Of a stretch of DNA of 64,000 bases, positions 31,908-43,216 are shown in pieces. The stretch covers positions 512,001 to 576,000 of the forward strand of contig CAVURN010000002.1 in the NCBI GenBank assembly GCA_963743915.1, in the 5' to 3' direction. Within the stretch, counting starts at the first letter, position 1. Each line of letters opens with the position of its first letter. Both the position numbers and the translations under genes were made by a program. The notes beneath the pieces were generated by a model. It worked only from the letters and a program-made list of their open reading frames with translations. It was not told the origin of the DNA and made no database searches. The stretch comes from an uncultured Actinomycetota bacterium. Its GTDB lineage: Bacteria; Actinomycetota; Actinomycetes; JAHEKZ01.

Positions 31908-33017
31908 TCAGCGGGGAGAGGCGTCCACGAAGGGTGGCCGCACCACGGTCATGGTCGACGCACGACCGCGGACGTCGACCGTCACCTCGTCGCCCTCGGA
32001 TACCTCCGGGTCGAGCAGCGCCAGACCGATGCCGGTGCGCAACGTCGGGGAGAACGTTCCGCTGGTCACCGTCCCGATCACGCGTGACGCATCGGTGGAC
32101 TTGACCTCCATGTGCGGACGCGGGATGCCGCGGTCGTTGGCCCGCAGCCCGAGCAGCCGACGGCGCGGACCGGCCTCCTTCTCCGCGAGCAGCACGGGGC
32201 GCCCGACGAACTGCGGCTTGCTCCATCCCACCGCCCACCCGGCGCGCGCCTGCACCGGCGAGATCGTCGGCGAGAGGTCCTGGCCGTGCAGGGGATACCC
32301 CATCTCGGTCCGCAGCGTGTCCCTCGCACCCAGCCCCGCGGGCCTGCCTCCCGCGTCGGCGACCGCGGCGGCAGCGGCGTCCCAGAGCGCCGGCGTCGCG
32401 TCCCAGGTGGGAAGCAGCTCGTACCCGCGTTCGCCCGTGTAGCCGGTGCGGCAGACGATCAGCGGGGTGCCGTCGAAGGTCGTCTCGACGAACGCCATGT
32501 ACTCGAAGGCATGGGGCAGTCCCAGCGTCGCCATCACGTCGTCGGCACGCGGACCCTGCACCGCCAGCACCCCGTACTGCGTGTGCTGGTCCTCGATGGT
32601 GATCCCGACCGCTGCGGCAGCCCGGAGCACCCCGATGACCTCGGCGGTGTTCGCGGCATTCGGCACCGAGAACACGTCGTCGTCGGCACGCAGGTAGACG
32701 ATCAGGTCGTCGACGACTCCGCCCGCCGGGTTGCAGAGCATCGAGTACTGCGCCTGGCCGACGTCGATCCGGGCCAGGTCGTTGGTCAGCTGAGAGTTGA
32801 CGAAGTCGCGCGCCCCTGCGCCGCTCACCCGCATCTTGCCGAGGTGCGAGACGTCGAACAGCCCGACCGCTTCACGCACGGCGGCGTGCTCCTTCAGCAC
32901 TCCACCACCGGGGTACTCGATGGGCATCTCCCAGCCCCCGAAATCGGCCATCTTGGCGCCGAGGGCGACGTGACGGTCGTGCAGCGGCGAGTGTCGGAGC
33001 GGGACGGAGGAGGTCAT
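31908..33017 (-). CDS. gcvT: Glycine cleavage aminomethyltransferase T
   Basis: [45 protein letters not shown]. Confidence 0.96.
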   Translation of the reverse strand: MTSSVPLRHSPLHDRHVALGAKMADFGGWEMPIEYPGGGVLKEHAAVREAVGLFDVSHLGKMRVSGAGARDFVNSQLTNDLARIDVGQAQYSMLCNPAGGVVDDLIVYLRADDDVFSVPNAANTAEVIGVLRAAAAVGITIEDQHTQYGVLAVQGPRADDVMATLGLPHAFEYMAFVETTFDGTPLIVCRTGYTGERGYELLPTWDATPALWDAAAAAVADAGGRPAGLGARDTLRTEMGYPLHGQDLSPTISPVQARAGWAVGWSKPQFVGRPVLLAEKEAGPRRRLLGLRANDRGIPRPHMEVKSTDASRVIGTVTSGTFSPTLRTGIGLALLDPEVSEGDEVTVDVRGRASTMTVVRPPFVDASPR

Positions 33018-33101
33018 GCCCGGACGCTACCGCCTGACGCCGCACTAGGGTGGTCGAGCCACCACGAGGGGCACGTCGGCCCCGACGCATCCGGAGGACC
33101 T

Positions 33102-34614
33102 GTGACGTCGATCGAGCTCAGCAGCGCCAACCCCGCCCGTGTCCGTTCGACAGCCGTCGTCGTCGGCGTCCTGAAGAAGGGTGACAGCATCCGGCTGGCC
33201 CCAGGGGCGACGCCGGTCGGCACCGCCTACGGCCGAACCCTGACCCGAGCGCTCACCAGCCTCGGCGCGACCGGGGACACGGGTCAGGTGACCCGCGTGC
33301 CCAAGGCCGGTTCCGTCGCCGCCCCCGTGCTGATCGCCGTCGGGCTCGGCGAGCAGGTGCCGGACGCCGAGGGCCTGCGTCGGGCAGCGGGCGAGGCCGT
33401 CCGGGCCGCCGCCGGTATGGAGAGCCTGACCCTCGCCCTCCCCGCCGACTCGATGGAGAACCTGCAGGCGGTCGCGGAGGGTGCGCTCTTCGGCGCATAC
33501 GCGTTCCACACCTACCGCAAGAAGTCCGCCGAGGGGCACAAGGCGCCCGTCAAGAACGTCACCGTCACCACCAGCCTCGCTTCCGACAAGGACGCCGCAA
33601 CGGCCGTCACCAACGCGAAGGCACTGGCGAAGGCCCTCCACCTCACCCGCGACCTGATCAACACCGCACCCTCGGACCTCACGCCGGCCGCTTTCGCCGA
33701 CGCCGCCGTCTCGGCCTGCCGCTCACTGAAGCTCGACGTGGAGGTGCTCGACGAGCAGGAGCTGCGCAAGGGCAAGTACGGCGGCCTCATCGGCGTCGGC
33801 CAGGGTTCGGCCAACCCCCCACGCCTCGTCCGCATCGCGTACCGGCACCCGAAGGCGTCGCGTCACCTTGCGTTCGTGGGCAAGGGCATCACCTTCGACT
33901 CCGGCGGCATCTCGATCAAGCCGGCCGCAGGGATGGACGCCATGAAGAGCGACATGAGCGGTGCCGCCGCGGTGCTCGGCGCGATGACCGCGATCGCCCG
34001 GCTCAAGCCCGAGGTGAACGTCACCGGTTACATGGCCATGGCCGAGAACATGCCGTCAGGCGCTGCTCAGCGGCCCAGCGACGTCATCACCATCCGGGGC
34101 GGCCGTACCGTCGAGGTGCTCAACACCGACGCCGAGGGCCGGCTCGTCCTCGCGGACGCCATCGTGCGGGCGGGTGAGGACAAGGCCGACACCATCGTCG
34201 ACGTCGCCACCCTCACCGGCGCTGCGATGGTCGCCCTCGGCACCCGGACGGCCGGGATCATGGCCAACGACGACGACTTCCGCAGTCACGTCCACGACGT
34301 CGCCACGGAGGTCGGCGAGCAGATGTGGCCGATGCCGCTGCCCCCCGAGCTCCGCAAGTCCATGGACTCCAAGGTCGCCGACATCGCCAACCTGGGAGAC
34401 CGCTACGGCGGCATGCTCGACCGCCGGCCTCTTCCTCCAGGAGTTCGTGCCCGACGGTGTCCGCTGGGCCCACCTCGACATCGCCGGACCGGCCTTCCAC
34501 GAGGGCGAGCCCTTCGGCTACACGCCCAAGGGAGGCACCGGAGCGGCGATGCGCACCCTGGTCGGACTCGCCGAGCGGGCCGGCGCGCCGGACGTCGGGG
34601 ACGCGGACGACTGA
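33102..34614 (+). CDS. pepA: Leucyl aminopeptidase (M17); frameshift ~34420
   Basis: [30 protein letters not shown] / WAHLDIAG. Confidence 0.94.
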
Positions 34615-34745
34615 CCCAGGACTGCTCCGGGTGGGTGGAGGTGGCCCACCATGACTAGTCCGACCGGGTGAGACCGGACCACGGGCAGTAACGACGTCGC
34701 TACCGTCGGAGACGAACGGGTATCCACCCGATCTCCGGAGGCGTC

Positions 34746-35597
34746 GTGACCCCGCAGCTGCACCCCACCCTCTCGGCCGTCCTGGGCAAAGCCAAGGTCG
34801 GCGGACTCGTCCTTGCCGCCACCGTCCTGGTGGCAGGCACGGCGGAAGCGGCCACGGGGTCCGACCTCTTCGGCGACGATCCGGCTCCGGTGGTGCAGGA
34901 GGACGGCACCACCGACCCGGTGACCGACCCCTGCGTCACCCCACCGGACGACGACACCGACCCGGTCGTGGAGGAGCCGGTCGACGGCGACCCCGCCGAC
35001 GTCACCGGGACCGATGAGCCTGTCACCGAGCCCACCGACGACGGCACGGTCGACCCGTGCGAGGAGCCGGTCGACGACGGCACCACCGAGTGCGACGAGC
35101 CAGTGGTCGACGACGGCACGGTCGACGAGCCAGTGGTCGACGACGGCACGGTCGACCCGTCGCGAGGAGCCGGTCGACGACGGGACGGACGACGGTGAGG
35201 ATGACGGCACCGTCGACGACGGGACCGACGAGCAGCCGGTGGACGAGGCCTGCGCCACCGCCCGCAATCACGGCGAGTACGTGTCCGGTGTCGCCCACGA
35301 GACCCCGCCCGGCCCCGGCCACGGTGCTGCAGTCAGCGAAGCTGCCCGCAGCGACTGCGGCAAGAAGGGCGCCTCCGACGCGGCGACGACGATGGTGCGG
35401 ACGCCACAGCGAAGGACACCGACGGCGGCTCCGCCCATGTGCCTCCGGGACAGGCGAAGAAGGACGACACCTCTGGTGATGCCGGTGCTCCGTCCAGTGC
35501 GCCGGGCAACAGCGGTAACGCCCCAGGACACTCCGGTGACAGCTCCAGCGGCGGCGCACCGGGCAACAGCGGTAACGCCCCAGGACACAACAAGTGA
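34746..35597 (+). CDS. Secreted acidic low-complexity repeat protein; two apparent indels (~35160, ~35380)
   Basis: Signal peptide ending AEA; DDGTVD(E/P)PV repeats; NHGEYVS..HGAAVSEAARSDCGK; PPGQAKK; 2x APGNSGNAPGH; stop at 35595-35597. Confidence 0.65.
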
Positions 35598-35726
35598 CGA
35601 CCCCGACCAGCAACCGACCCTGAGAGGAGACCCTTCCCGCTCCCGGCGCCCGATCCCCCGCCCCCCTCAGTAGCGCCGGGCCGGTGCCCCCCGCACCGAG
35701 TAGTGGCCCTTCCCTCGCCACTGCAT

Positions 35727-35758
35727 CGATGGCCCCTCCGATTCGGACGGGGCCATCG
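35727..35758. terminator. GC-rich hairpin between convergent genes
   Basis: cgatggcccc-tccg-att-cgga-c-ggggccatcg. Confidence 0.6.
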
Positions 35759-35763
35759 CTGCG

Positions 35764-36063
35764 TCAGCCGCCAGGTGTCCAGTCGCGCATGCGCTTGGGG
35801 TACCCCATGAGCGTCACGTCGTAGCAGGGGATGCCCTGGCCGTGCGCCCAGGTGAAGGCGGTCTGCGCGTCAGGAACCGCGCGACGCGTCCACTCTCCGT
35901 CAGCGGCCACGAGCACCACGGTGGTGGCGGTCACCGCTGTTTGCGGCTCGACGTAGGCCTCGACGCCGCGACGGGTGCGGACGAACTCCTCCAGGTACTT
36001 GCGGTCCTCGGACCTGCTGGACCCTGTCGAGCCGGAGGCACGCCGACGGGGGAGCCACTTCAC
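35764..36063 (-). CDS. Conserved actinobacterial hypothetical protein divergent from lpdA
   Basis: GVEAYVEPQT..TVVLVAADGEWTRR..IP.YD...GYPKRMRDW. Confidence 0.8.
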   Translation of the reverse strand: MKWLPRRRASGSTGSSRSEDRKYLEEFVRTRRGVEAYVEPQTAVTATTVVLVAADGEWTRRAVPDAQTAFTWAHGQGIPCYDVTLMGYPKRMRDWTPGG

Positions 36064-36223
36064 GGTTGCTCACCTCCGATCGGCGCCAGGCCGCGATCGA
36101 CCCTGGCAATGAGTCAACGGTAGCGCCGGAACCGCTCCTGTGACGCCCGGACGCGGTTGTCCCGCGCACGGGGGTAAGTGACAAGATGACAGGAGTCGTT
36201 CCAACGCCCAGAGGAGTTGCCCC

Positions 36224-37600
36224 GTGTCCGAGACCGTCCATGACGTGGTCATCCTCGGAGGCGGCAGCGGCGGGTACGCCTGCGCGCTGCGTGCGTCCCA
36301 GCTCGGGCTCGACGTCGTGCTCATCGAGCAGGGCAAGCTCGGCGGCACCTGCCTGCACCAGGGATGCATCCCCACCAAGGCGCTGCTCCATGCCGCCGAG
36401 GTCGCCGACCTGGCCCGCGAGGGTGAGCAGTTCGGGGTGAGGTCCACCTTCGACGGCATCGACATGGCGGGCGTCAACAAGTACAAGGACGGCGTCGTCT
36501 CGAGGCTGTACAAGGGACTGTCCGGGCTCGTGAAGGGTCGTGGGGTCACGTACGTCGAGGGGTCCGGGCACCTCGTCCGCCCGGACACCGTGGCGGTCGG
36601 CGACACCACGTACACCGGACGCAACGTCGTGCTCGCCACCGGCTCGGTCCCCAAGTCACTGCCGGGCCTGCAGATCGACGGCGCTCGCGTGGTCACCAGC
36701 GACCACGCCCTCACGCTCGACTACGTCCCCCGCTCGGTCGTCGTGCTCGGCGGCGGTGTGATCGGCGTCGAGTTCGCCAGCGTGTGGCGTTCGTTCGGCG
36801 CGGACGTCACGATCGTCGAGGCTCTCCCCCATCTGCTCCCGCTCGAGGACGAGGAGATGTCCAAGCAGATCGAGCGGCAGTTCCGCCGTCGCGGCATCGC
36901 CTACGAGCTCGGTGCGCGGTTCAGCAAGGTCGAGGAGACCGCGTCCGGAGTCGTCGTGCACCTCGAGAGCGGCAAGACGATCGAGGCGGACCTGCTGCTG
37001 GTCGCCGTCGGCCGCGGTCCGGTGTCGTCCGGCCTCGGCTACGAGGACGCCGGTGTCGCGATGGACCGCGGCTACGTCACCGTCGACGGACACTGCCGCA
37101 CCTCGGTGCCCAACGTCTACGCCGTCGGCGACCTCATCCCCACCCCGCAGCTGGCGCACGTCGGTTTCGGTGAGGGCATCTTGGTCGCCGAGCACATCGC
37201 CGGACTCGATCCGCGTCCCATCGACTACGACGGCGTCCCCCGTGTCACCTACAGCGAGCCCGAGGTCGCGTCGGTCGGCCTGACCGAGGCGGCGGCGCGC
37301 GCCAAGTACGGCGACGAGGTCGTCACCGTCAAGTACGACCTCGCCGGGAACGGCAAGAGCCAGATCCTCAAGACCGCCGGTCTCGTCAAGCTGGTCGCCC
37401 GCAAGGACGGCCCGGTCGTCGGCGTGCACATCATCGGCAGCCGCGCAGGTGAGCTGCTCGCCGAAGGCCAGCTCATCTACAACTGGGAGGCCTACGCCGA
37501 CGACGTCGCCACCCTCATCCACGCCCACCCGACTCAGAGCGAAGCCATGGGCGAGGCGCACCTCGCGCTGGCCGGCAAGCCCCTCCACGCCCACTCCTGA
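36224..37600 (+). CDS. lpdA: Dihydrolipoamide dehydrogenase
   Basis: GGGSGGY, GGTCLHQGCIPTK, GGGVIG, HAHPTQSE. Confidence 0.96.
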   Translation: MSETVHDVVILGGGSGGYACALRASQLGLDVVLIEQGKLGGTCLHQGCIPTKALLHAAEVADLAREGEQFGVRSTFDGIDMAGVNKYKDGVVSRLYKGLSGLVKGRGVTYVEGSGHLVRPDTVAVGDTTYTGRNVVLATGSVPKSLPGLQIDGARVVTSDHALTLDYVPRSVVVLGGGVIGVEFASVWRSFGADVTIVEALPHLLPLEDEEMSKQIERQFRRRGIAYELGARFSKVEETASGVVVHLESGKTIEADLLLVAVGRGPVSSGLGYEDAGVAMDRGYVTVDGHCRTSVPNVYAVGDLIPTPQLAHVGFGEGILVAEHIAGLDPRPIDYDGVPRVTYSEPEVASVGLTEAAARAKYGDEVVTVKYDLAGNGKSQILKTAGLVKLVARKDGPVVGVHIIGSRAGELLAEGQLIYNWEAYADDVATLIHAHPTQSEAMGEAHLALAGKPLHAHS

Positions 37601-37624
37601 CCACCGCAGAAGGGACACCACGCA

Positions 37625-39410
37625 ATGTCGGTCTCTGTGAAGATGCCCCTGCTCGGCGAGAGCGTCACCGAGGGGACCGTCACGCGGTGGCTGAAGAACG
37701 AGGGTGACCCGGTCTCCAGCGACGAGCCGCTGCTCGAGGTCTCGACCGACAAGGTCGACACCGAGATCCCCGCACCGGCGACCGGCGTGCTGCTGCGCAT
37801 CCTGGCCCACGTCGACGAGACCGTCGCGGTCGGTGCGGAGCTCGCCGTCATCGGTGAGGCGAACGAGGCCCCACTGCGCTCGGAGACCCCCGAGGCCGAG
37901 CCGACCCCCGACAGCGCCCCGGCCGCTGCCCAGAGCGAGGCGACGCCGTCCACGGTCGAGCCGGCTGCACCGGTGGCGGAGCCCGCGGCTGAGACGCCGG
38001 CTGAGCAGGCCGCCGAGCCGGTGGCCGTGCCGGCCCAGGCCGACGCACCCCCGAGCGCACCGACCGGCGGCGGCGCCCCGACATCGGTGGTGCTGCCGGC
38101 TCTCGGTGAGAGCGTCACCGAGGGGACGGTCACGCGCTGGCTGAAGAGCGTGGGTGAGACCGTTGCGGCCGACGAGCCGCTCGTGGAGGTGTCCACCGAC
38201 AAGGTCGACACCGAGATCCCCTCTCCGGTCGCCGGCGTCCTGCTCTCGATCACGGTCGGAGAGGACCAGACAGCCGACGTGGGCGCCGAGCTCGGCGTCA
38301 TCGGTGCCGTCGGCGCCGCCGCCGCAGCTCCTGCCCCCGCGCCGACCCCCGCTCCTCCGCGCAGCGGAGGAGGCGGCGCCACCGCCCGCGCCGCCGCCAG
38401 CACCCGCTCCCCCAGCCCCGGCTGCCGCCCCCGCGCCCGCTGCTGCAGCCCCGCCTGCGGCCGCGGCGTCCAACGGCGCCGACGTCGGGTACGTCACCCC
38501 TCTGGTCCGCAAGCTCGCGGCCGAGTACGCCGTCGACCTCACCACCGTGACGGGAACGGGCGTCGGCGGTCGCATCCGCAAGCAGGACGTCCTCGAGGCC
38601 GCCAAGCTGGTGGCGCAGCAGAAGGCCGCACAGTCGTCCTCGGCGGCATCGAGCACCGCGCCTCGTGCGGCGGCAGCACCCTCGCCGCTGCGTGGGCGCA
38701 CCGAGCCGATGTCGCGACTGCGCAAGGTGATCGCCGAGCGGCTGGTCGAGTCTCTGCAGAGCTCCGCACAGCTCACGACCGTCGTCGAGGTCGACGTGAC
38801 CCGGATCGCCCTGCTGCGCGACCGCGCCAAGGCCGACTTCGCCGAGCGTGAGGGCGTGAAGCTGAGCTTCCTGCCCTTCTTCGCGAAGGCGACGGTGGAA
38901 GCCCTCAAGGTGCACCCCTCGCTCAACGCCAGCATCGACAGCCAGGCGGGCACCGTCACCTACCACGACGTCGAGAACCTCGGCGTCGCCGTCGACACCG
39001 AGCGCGGACTGCTCGTCCCCGTGATCCACTCCGCCGGCGACCTGAACATCGCCGGCCTGGCCAAGCGGATCGCCGACCTCGCGGCGCGGACGCGTTCCAG
39101 CGGCATCTCGCCCGACGAGCTGGCCGGCGGCACCTTCACGCTGACCAACACCGGCAGCAGGGGGGCACTGTTCGACACGCCGATCATCAACCAGCCGCAG
39201 GTGGCGATCCTTGGCACCGGCTCGGTTGTCAAACGTCCGGTCGTCGTCACCGACACCAACGGCGCCGACTCGATCGCGATCCGGTCGATGGTGTTCCTGG
39301 CCCTCACCTACGACCACCGCCTCGTCGACGGCGCAGACGCCGCGCGCTTCCTGCTCACCCTCAAGGAGCGCCTCGAGGAAGGTGCGTTCGACGCCGACCT
39401 CGGCATCTGA
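37625..39410 (+). CDS. dlaT: 2-oxoacid dehydrogenase E2 (DlaT/SucB), two lipoyl domains; frameshift ~38350
   Basis: Two [10 protein letters not shown] lipoyl motifs; E3-binding [18 protein letters not shown]; catalytic YDHRLVDG. Confidence 0.93.
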
Positions 39411-39458
39411 GGCCGAGCTCGACGGGCGAAACGTCCGGAACCAGGGCACGATGATCAT

Positions 39459-40378
39459 GTGAAGGTTGTCATCACCGGTGCCAGTCGGCCTCATCGGCAG
39501 CGCCTTGCGTCGGTCCCTCGAGGCTGACGGCCACACCGTCCTTCGCCTGGTGCGCCGGGAACCGACCTCGGCCGACGAGGTCCAGTGGGATCCGATCGGG
39601 GGTTCGATCGATGCGGCCGCCCTCGCGGGGGTCGAAGCGGCGGTGCACCTGGCGGGAGCCGGGATCGGTGACCGCCGCTGGAGCGCGTCCTACAAGCGGG
39701 AGATCCGCGACAGCCGGGTGCTGGGGACGCGGACGCTGGCGCGGGCCCTGGCGGGGCTCGACCCCCTGCCCCGGGTCCTCGTCTCGGGGTCTGCCATCGG
39801 CTACTACGGGGACACCGGCGTAGAGGCCGTGGACGAAGAGGCACCTCCCGGCGACGGCTTCCTCGCCCAGGTCGTCGTCGCCTGGGAGGCATCAGCCACC
39901 CCCGCCGCAGAGGCGGGCATCCGCGTCGTCCATCCGCGCAACGGCCTGGTGGTCGCTGGTCGGGGTGGCGCATGGGGCCGTCTCTGGCCGCTCTTCCAGA
40001 TCGGCGCGGGCGGCCGGCTCGGCAACGGCCAGCAGTACTGGAGCTTCGTGTCCCTGCAGGGACGAGGTGCGAGCGCTGCGCAGGATGATCGACGACGAGA
40101 CGATGAACGGCGTGTACAACCTGACCGCCCCGAACCCGGCGACCAACGCGGAGGTGACCGAGGTCATGGGTGAGCTGCTGCACCGGCCGACGTTCGCGCA
40201 CGTGCCGGCGTTCGTGCTGAAGACCGTGCTCGGCGAGATGTCGCAAGAGGTGCTCGGCAGTGCACGTGTGCTGCCGAACCGACTGCTCGAGGCGGGTTTC
40301 ACCTTCGAGGACCCCACGCTGCGCCAGGCTCTCGCCGCGGCCCTCGCTGACCGCCGCGGGGAGCGCGAAGCCTCCTAG
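39459..40378 (+). CDS. TIGR01777-family NAD-dependent epimerase/oxidoreductase; frameshifts ~39486 and ~40060
   Basis: VKVVITGAS/GLIG, HLAGAGIGDRRW, SAIGYYG, GGRLGNGQQYW / YNLTAPNP, GFTF; CACGAT 6 nt before GTG. Confidence 0.88.
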
Positions 40379-40799
40379 CCGGCGTCCAGGAACAGCGCAG
40401 GCGGGAGCGGCTCGGCGTCCCGCTGCCTGAGCAGCCACACCAGCAGCTCCCGTCCGGATCGGCGACCGGCGCTCTGCCACGTCAGCGTCGACGCCCACGT
40501 GCCGCGTCCCATCAGCCGACCGAGCCGCAGCAGCGACACCCAGTCGTCGTGCGGCGTCCACGCCGCCGGCGGACGGCACCGGCACGAGCCAGGGACGCCG
40601 CGCCTCGTCGAGCCGGACGTGCGTCGGATGGATGGGGCCGTACGCGGTCCCTCCCGCGTGACGCCGCAGGAGATCCAGGCCGAGACCCCCGACCAGCGTG
40701 ACGACCTGTCCGTCGGTGAGCCCGGGCCCGCGCACGCCCCAGCTGGTGAGCACCGGCCCAGGATGCCCCTCACCGCTCCCCTCGAACGGCTATCCACAT
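40375..40799 (-). pseudogene. Short degenerate Ser/Thr-kinase-like ORF (indels)
   Basis: GLTDGQVVTLVGGLGLDLLRRHAGGTAYGPIHPTHVRLDEARRPWL resembles kinase subdomains VIa-VII without the catalytic D/N; continues DDWVSLLRLGRLM. Confidence 0.4.
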
Positions 40800-40830
40800 C
40801 TCAGCCCGTGGGGACCTTCTGCGGCATCGG

Positions 40831-42119
40831 GTGGCTGCGCCTACGCTCGCCGTCGTGCCTGCCCTCGATCCCCCCGACGCCGACGTGGTGGTCGTCGGAG
40901 CCGGCATCGCCGGGCTGGTGGCGGCCCACACGCTGGCCGCTGCGCGGTCGCGAGGTGGTGGTGCTCGAGGCGTCCGACGCCGTCGGCGGCCGGGTGCGCA
41001 CGGACCAGGTCGATGGCTACCTGCTCGACCGAGGCTTCCAGCTCTTCAACCCCGCGTACCCCGAGGGTCGACGCCAGCTCGACCACGAGGCGCTGCGGCT
41101 TCGCCCCTTCACGCGCGGCGTCGTCCTGCACCACGACGGACGACGGATACGTCTGGCCGACCCGCGCGAGGTGCCTTCCTGGTCGCTGAACGCCGTGCGA
41201 GCTCCGCTCGGATCACTGCGGCAGCGGGCGGCTCTGGCGAGATACCTGCGCCGCTGTGCGACCGGACGGGCGTCCGAGCTCACCCACCAGCTCGACACCA
41301 CCGCGCGCGTCGCACTGCTGACAGCGGGAGTCGCACCTGCAGCCGTGGACCACGCTCCTGCAGCCGTTCCTCGCCGGTGTCTTCCTCGAGCCGCACCTGC
41401 ACACCTCGCGCCGCTTCCTCGACGTGGTCCTGCGCAGTCTGCTCCGAGGCACCCCGTCGGTTCCGGCGTCCGGCATGCAGGCGATCCCCGAGCAGCTGGC
41501 CGGTCGACTGCCTCCGGGAACCGTCAGGCTCCGGGAGCGCGTGGTGGAGGTGGCCCCACGTGTGGTGCGAACGGAGTCAGCCACCTGGAACGCGCGCGAC
41601 GTCATCGTCGCCACCGACCCGGACACCGCAGGACAGCTGCTGCCCCAGCTGCCGCACCAACCCATGAACGGCGTCACCACCTGGTACCACTCGACCGACG
41701 ACGTCGGGCTGGCCGACGGCCGCCCGGTGCTGCATGTGGACGGCGACCACAGCGGCCCCGTCGTGAACTCCGTCGTGGTGAGCCATGCCGCCCCTGGCTA
41801 CGCACCCGTCGGACGCGCCCTCGTCGCCTCCTCGGTGCTCGGCGTCGACGGACCTTCCGAGGACGAGCCGCTGGTCCGGCGTCATCTCGAGCGCCTGTAC
41901 CGCACGTCGACGCGCGACTGGGAGACCATCGACGTCTACCGCATTCCCGACGCCCTGCCCCAGATGACGCCACCTCACGACTTCCGCCGATCCGTCGTAA
42001 TGGCCGAGGGCTTGTTCGTCGCCGGGGACCACCGCGACAGCGCCTCCCTGCAGGGTGCAATGGTGTCGGGACGCCGAACCGCACAGGCAGTTCTGAGCCG
42101 ACGAGGAGCCACCGCATGA
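40831..42119 (+). CDS. FAD-dependent oxidoreductase (amine oxidase/protoporphyrinogen oxidase-like); frameshifts ~40942 and ~41355
   Basis: VVVVGAGIAGL, LEASDAVGGRVRTD, LDRGFQ, GMQAIPEQL, AGDHRDSASLQGAMVSG. Confidence 0.88.
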
Positions 42120-42850
42120 CGACCCGACGCATCCTGGCCACCAGTGGTGGATTCGTCCCCGGCGACCGGTACACGGTGGCCCAGCCGGGGGGGACGATGC
42201 GTCGACTGCTCGCCCTGACCGGCAAGGAGCGGCCGCGGCTGACCTTCGTCATGACGGCGTCCGGCGACGACCGCAGCTACCTGACTCGTTCCTATGCCGC
42301 GTTCCGTGGGTGGAGCGTCGACCTGCACCACCTCGAGCTCTTCTCCATGCCGAACCTCGACCCGCGCGAGGCGATCCTGTCCTCGGACGCGGTGTGGGTC
42401 GGCGGTGGTTCAGTGGCGAACCTGCTCGCGGTGTGGCGCGTCCACGGTGTCGACGAGGTCATGCGCGAGGCCTGGGATGCCGGCGTGGTGCTCGGTGGGG
42501 TCAGCGCCGGGTCGATCTGTTGGCACCAGGGCGGCACGACGGACTCGTTCGGACCGGACCTGCGCGCCGTCACCGACGGCCTGGCCCTGCTGCCCTACGC
42601 GAACGGCGTCCACTACGACTCCGAGGAGCAGCGCCGCCCCTTGCTGCACCGTCTGGTCGGTGACGGCACCCTCGGCACGGCATTCGCCACCGACGACTAC
42701 AGCGGCATCCTCTATGAAGGCACCGAACCGGTCGAGGTGGTCGTCGACCGTGAGCCGTCCTCGGAGAGCAACCCGATGGCCTACCGCGTCGAGCGAAGCG
42801 GAGGCGAGGTCGTCGAGACCCCCCTCCCCCCAGGCCCCATCCGACACTGA
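42116..42850 (+). CDS. Peptidase E (family S51)
   Basis: TASGD, VGGGSVANLL, GVSAG (Ser nucleophile), VHYDSE; ATGA overlap. Confidence 0.9.
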   Translation: MTTRRILATSGGFVPGDRYTVAQPGGTMRRLLALTGKERPRLTFVMTASGDDRSYLTRSYAAFRGWSVDLHHLELFSMPNLDPREAILSSDAVWVGGGSVANLLAVWRVHGVDEVMREAWDAGVVLGGVSAGSICWHQGGTTDSFGPDLRAVTDGLALLPYANGVHYDSEEQRRPLLHRLVGDGTLGTAFATDDYSGILYEGTEPVEVVVDREPSSESNPMAYRVERSGGEVVETPLPPGPIRH

Positions 42851-42871
42851 AGCCAAGTGCGGCGCTCAGGC

Positions 42872-43211
42872 CGAGTGCGCGCGGCAGCCGAGTGCGGCGC
42901 TGGATGATGGCGGAGCCAGTCGAGTGCGCGCGGCAGCCGAGTGCGGCGCTGGATGATGGCGGAGCCAGTCGAGTGCGCGCCGCAAGGCCGAGTGCGGCGC
43001 TGGATGATGGCGGAGCCAGTCGAGTGCGCGCAGCGCACTCGACGCAGCGGAGCGTCATCCAGCACCGCACTCGGCAAGCCTTGACGTCCACCAGCACCGC
43101 ACTCGGCAAGCCTTGACGTCCACCAGCACCGCACTCGGCGGGCCTTGACGTCCACCAGCACCGCACTCGGCGAGCCTTGACGTCCACCAGCACCGCACTC
43201 GGCGGGCCTTG
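42872..43211. repeat. Mirror-image tandem repeat array: 3 x ~49 bp units, palindromic centre, 4 x 32 bp units on the opposite strand
   Basis: A units 42872-42920, 42921-42969, 42970-43020; centre gtcgagtgcgc-gca-gcgcactcgac 43019-43043; B units ccttgacgtccaccagcaccgcactcggcNNg at 43079, 43111, 43143, 43175. Confidence 0.92.
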
Positions 43212-43216
43212 TGCGC

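Noticed and set aside
32112-34658. 848-aa ORF and other long Arg/Pro/Ala-rich alternative-frame ORFs (e.g. 36656..38959, 50205..51614, 43590..45209)
   Set aside because: Shadow ORFs typical of high-GC DNA, antisense to or overlapping well-supported genes.
34688-34716. ECF-sigma promoter (GTAAC...CGAA) before the acidic repeat protein
   Set aside because: The 20-nt spacing does not fit the consensus promoters I know; too weak to call.
40499-42850. 783-aa ORF joining FAD oxidoreductase and peptidase E
   Set aside because: Frame mosaic from indels; peptidase E has its own ATG overlapping the oxidoreductase stop.
42872-43211. Possible CRISPR array (32-bp repeats)
   Set aside because: Units are head-to-tail with no unique spacers, and there are no cas genes or AT-rich leader.
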